From contig MU053810.1 in NCBI GenBank assembly GCA_013239625.1, positions 2,367,518-2,431,517 on the forward strand: DNA of 64,000 nucleotides, written 5' to 3'. Position 1 is the first letter of the stretch. Every line of letters starts with the position of its first letter. This DNA is from Lama guanicoe. Taxonomy: Eukaryota. Position numbers and translations under genes: made by a program. The notes under the pieces are model-generated. The model did no database searches. It was not told the origin of the DNA and worked only from the letters and a program-made list of their open reading frames with translations. This document shows, one piece after another, positions 61,201 to 64,000 of the stretch.

Positions 61201-63750
61201 CCCAGGAAAAGACAGAGGAAGCGCTCTGTCCTGACAAGGAAGCATCAGAAACTCTCTTTTTAGGTAAAAGTTGAGAGAACACCAGTGCAGCGCACGCCAC
61301 TCCCACAGGATAGACAGGGCTCATGCACGTTTGCCTGGACGCTCCCCATCTCTGTCGCCACCTGCACACCGACCTGCAAACTCCTAGGTGCGCAGATCCA
61401 GGGCCGGGAGGGAGGCCTGCATGGATGTCTGTGGTTCCTTCTGAACGTTACACTCCAGGCATGAGTCTCCTGTTTTACAGAAAGTTTCCTCCGCAGAAAA
61501 GTAAAGCTGCATTTTCACCTGCTCTCTTTCCTTTCTTAAAGCAAAGAGGGCAGCTGAAGCCCAAAGAGGCCAAGGACAGGGTAGGGCCAGCTACCAGAAG
61601 AACTGAGCAGGAACAAAATGAAACCTGTCCCCCGTGGACCCTCGCCAGCCGCGCCAGATGCAGAGAGGGGGACAGGGGAGTGCGCCCAGGGCCAGCTCTC
61701 CGCCCTTCCGCCCAACCAGTGTCACCCCAGCACACCGGGCTGAGCCCCAGTACTTGGTTGACTTCCACCTCCAAGCTCATCTCTGGCCCCAAACCTTCCC
61801 CATTGGGGCCTCCGGCCTGGAAGCGCCTAGCCCCGACTGCCCCTTAAATCCTCTTCCCCTTTAAGACCAGCCAGCACTAAGCGAGCACTTACTGACCACC
61901 TGCCTGTCAGGCCCCAGTGAAACAGGTGCATGAGACCCACACAGCGCCCAGGCCGGGGCTTGGTGTTGAATAAGTCATAACCGTCTTCCAGAAGCTTTCT
62001 CTGACTTCCAGCTCCATCAGCATTGACACAGTGCCCACCAGGCCGGAAGCTGCACCCGGTGTTTTACAAATGTCACCCCCGTCTGTCCCCAAACATGCCC
62101 ACTGGTGCCCATGACCCCATCTGACAGAGGAGGAGACAGAGGCCCAGAGAGTTAGTAATGGCCCATGGTGGGAGCAGAGCCCCCCACCAACCCATATTAT
62201 TTTTTCTTAGAGAGGAAAAAAAAAAAAACCACTAGATGTTTTAGACCACAAAGATTGGGGACTGTTTGTTGCCGTGGAATAATCTAATCTATCCTGACTG
62301 CTACACGTTCCATATAATAAGAAAATATAATAACATTTAACCAATTTAAAATAATGTAAAAAAAATAATAAACTGCAGCAAATTAGTAATTTCTTTGAAT
62401 TACAGAATTTTTAAGAAAAAGATGTTATTTCTGGCAACAATCAGCTGTGGTATTTACCCGACTTGATTTCGCTGTCTACTGGCACTCTCTCAGCCCTCGA
62501 ATCACTGGAGAGTAAATGGTGTTATTGTCAATGGTTTTATTCCCAGTCGTTTCTAGTCTGTGTCTATTGAGTAGGTAGGAGGCGATATGTCCAAATGGGT
62601 AACGGTGTAGACAAAAGCAGATGGACCTGGCTTTCGGTCACATCTCTATAACACACCAGCTGGTAACCTTGAGCATGTCATGCCCCTCCGTGTATTAAAA
62701 AAGGGGTGGGGGGAGAAACCTGCCAGAGCCTGGCAGGAAGGAAACCTGACTAGTATATGGTAAACCTCAGATGGAGGCCTGATATTGTCAGAAATTGTCC
62801 AGAACAAGAGCCTTCCCTTCCACGTGTAACTCACTTTGCACCGCACACTGCTTGTCCTGGGGTGGCTACCCTGCAGATGGAGTTGGCAGACAGTGTATTT
62901 CAAAATGAATCAACCTTTCTTCTTCCTCCAGTTCATGGTTCATCAGCTAATTCCATCTCTTGGGTTGGAGATCCCTGCTGTGGCATTTTTAGATGCACAC
63001 ATTCAATTTCATTTTTAAATTGGAATTTTGATAGCCCATAAAAATAATTCAGATATACCTAAGAGAGTCTCGCTTGAGTATTCCCTGGGGGAGGCAGTGT
63101 CAGGAGACATAAAGAACACGGGTTTGGGAGTGAGTCCAGGCAGGGGTTGAATATCAGTTCTGCCTTTGACTACGACCTGTAGCAACCGCATCCCTCTCTG
63201 ATTCTCAATTTCATTATCTCTGTAAGGGATAATAATGCCCATCCTAGAACATGGTCATAAAAATAAACTGAGATGCATGCTAAATAAAGCACGTTACCTG
63301 GGATACAGTAACTGCTCACTTAAAAAAAGAAAAAAGAAATGTTAGTCTCCCTACATGTTGTGCATCTGAGTTTCTGACATGGTTTATCGAAATGTAAGTT
63401 ACTATGAAAAGAGCAGTGGTTTCAAGACTGAAGATGTCAACAGTATCTCTTTCTTAGAGCACCTTCTAGTCTCTTGTATTGAGAGACTTCAATGCTGTTT
63501 GGACTTCAAACCTAAGATCATCCACAAACTGAAAATCAATACTCACTAGTGTCAAGAAACGAAAGCAAATGCCACGCAAGCTGATTTCTTCTTAATCACT
63601 AGGTTAAACTGAGCTCTATTACGATTCTGCTTTATTTTCTGTTTTCTGTCCAAATGAAGCAGCATCGACTGAACAAAGGAGAATCAGTTGATTCATTATA
63701 ATGCGTTGCTGAAAACACGGGGACATGGGTTCACTTATTCATTTTTGAAC

Positions 63751-63811
63751 TTTTTTTTTGGAAGAAGGGATAATTTGGTTTATTTATATATATGTATATA
63801 TATGTATGTAC

Positions 63812-63842
<31 letters not shown>

Positions 63843-63872
63843 TATTTTAAAGGAGGTACTGGGGATTGAACC
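63751..63872 (-). mobile_element. 5'-truncated vic-1-type SINE with an internal (TA)n/(CA)n microsatellite
   Basis: The minus strand reads GGTTCAATCCCCAGTACCTCC, then TG/TA repeats, then AAATAAACCAAATTATCCC and poly(A). Confidence 0.75.
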
Positions 63873-64000
63873 AAATATATAAATAATAAAATATTTGCTG
63901 TAAAGAAAAATAAAAGAGGACAAGAAGCTAGCATGGTGTTGGGGGGGCAACGAGGTCAGTCAGAGCACGAGGTCAGTCAGAGTCAGGCGAGAACATGGGA

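Noticed and set aside
1..64000. Remaining short six-frame ORFs, and prokaryote-type systems (CRISPR, operons, toxin-antitoxin)
   Set aside because: The sequence is intron and intergenic mammalian DNA. The ORFs are chance or repeat-derived with no recognisable domains, and I saw no regularly spaced repeat-spacer array.

Overview
This is mammalian genomic DNA, most likely from a camelid. That call is an inference: the window carries several tRNA-Ala(AGC)-derived SINEs of the vic-1 type and I saw no Alu, B1, Bov-tA or PRE-1 elements. The only protein-coding sequence I can support is the 5' end of the LIM-nebulette (LASP2) isoform of NEBL on the minus strand. Coding exon 1 (25716-25784) and exon 2 (24345-24439) encode the LIM domain and sit at a ~2 kb CpG island. 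Bases 1-24344 are intron 2 (exon 3 is outside the window), and the region above ~26.8 kb is upstream sequence rich in L1, L2, MIR, MaLR/ERV LTRs and DNA transposons. The best-supported unusual items are: a U6 snRNA-L1 chimeric retrogene with an intact target-site duplication; an out-of-frame upstream ORF overlapping the LASP2 start codon; a 117-nt multi-hairpin element in intron 2; a 5'-inverted L1 nested in an LTR inside another LTR; and a CRE/GC-box module ~9 kb upstream. I cannot support a wholly new multi-gene system. Repeat family names come from recalled consensus sequences, not a database search, and repeat boundaries without a TSD are approximate.
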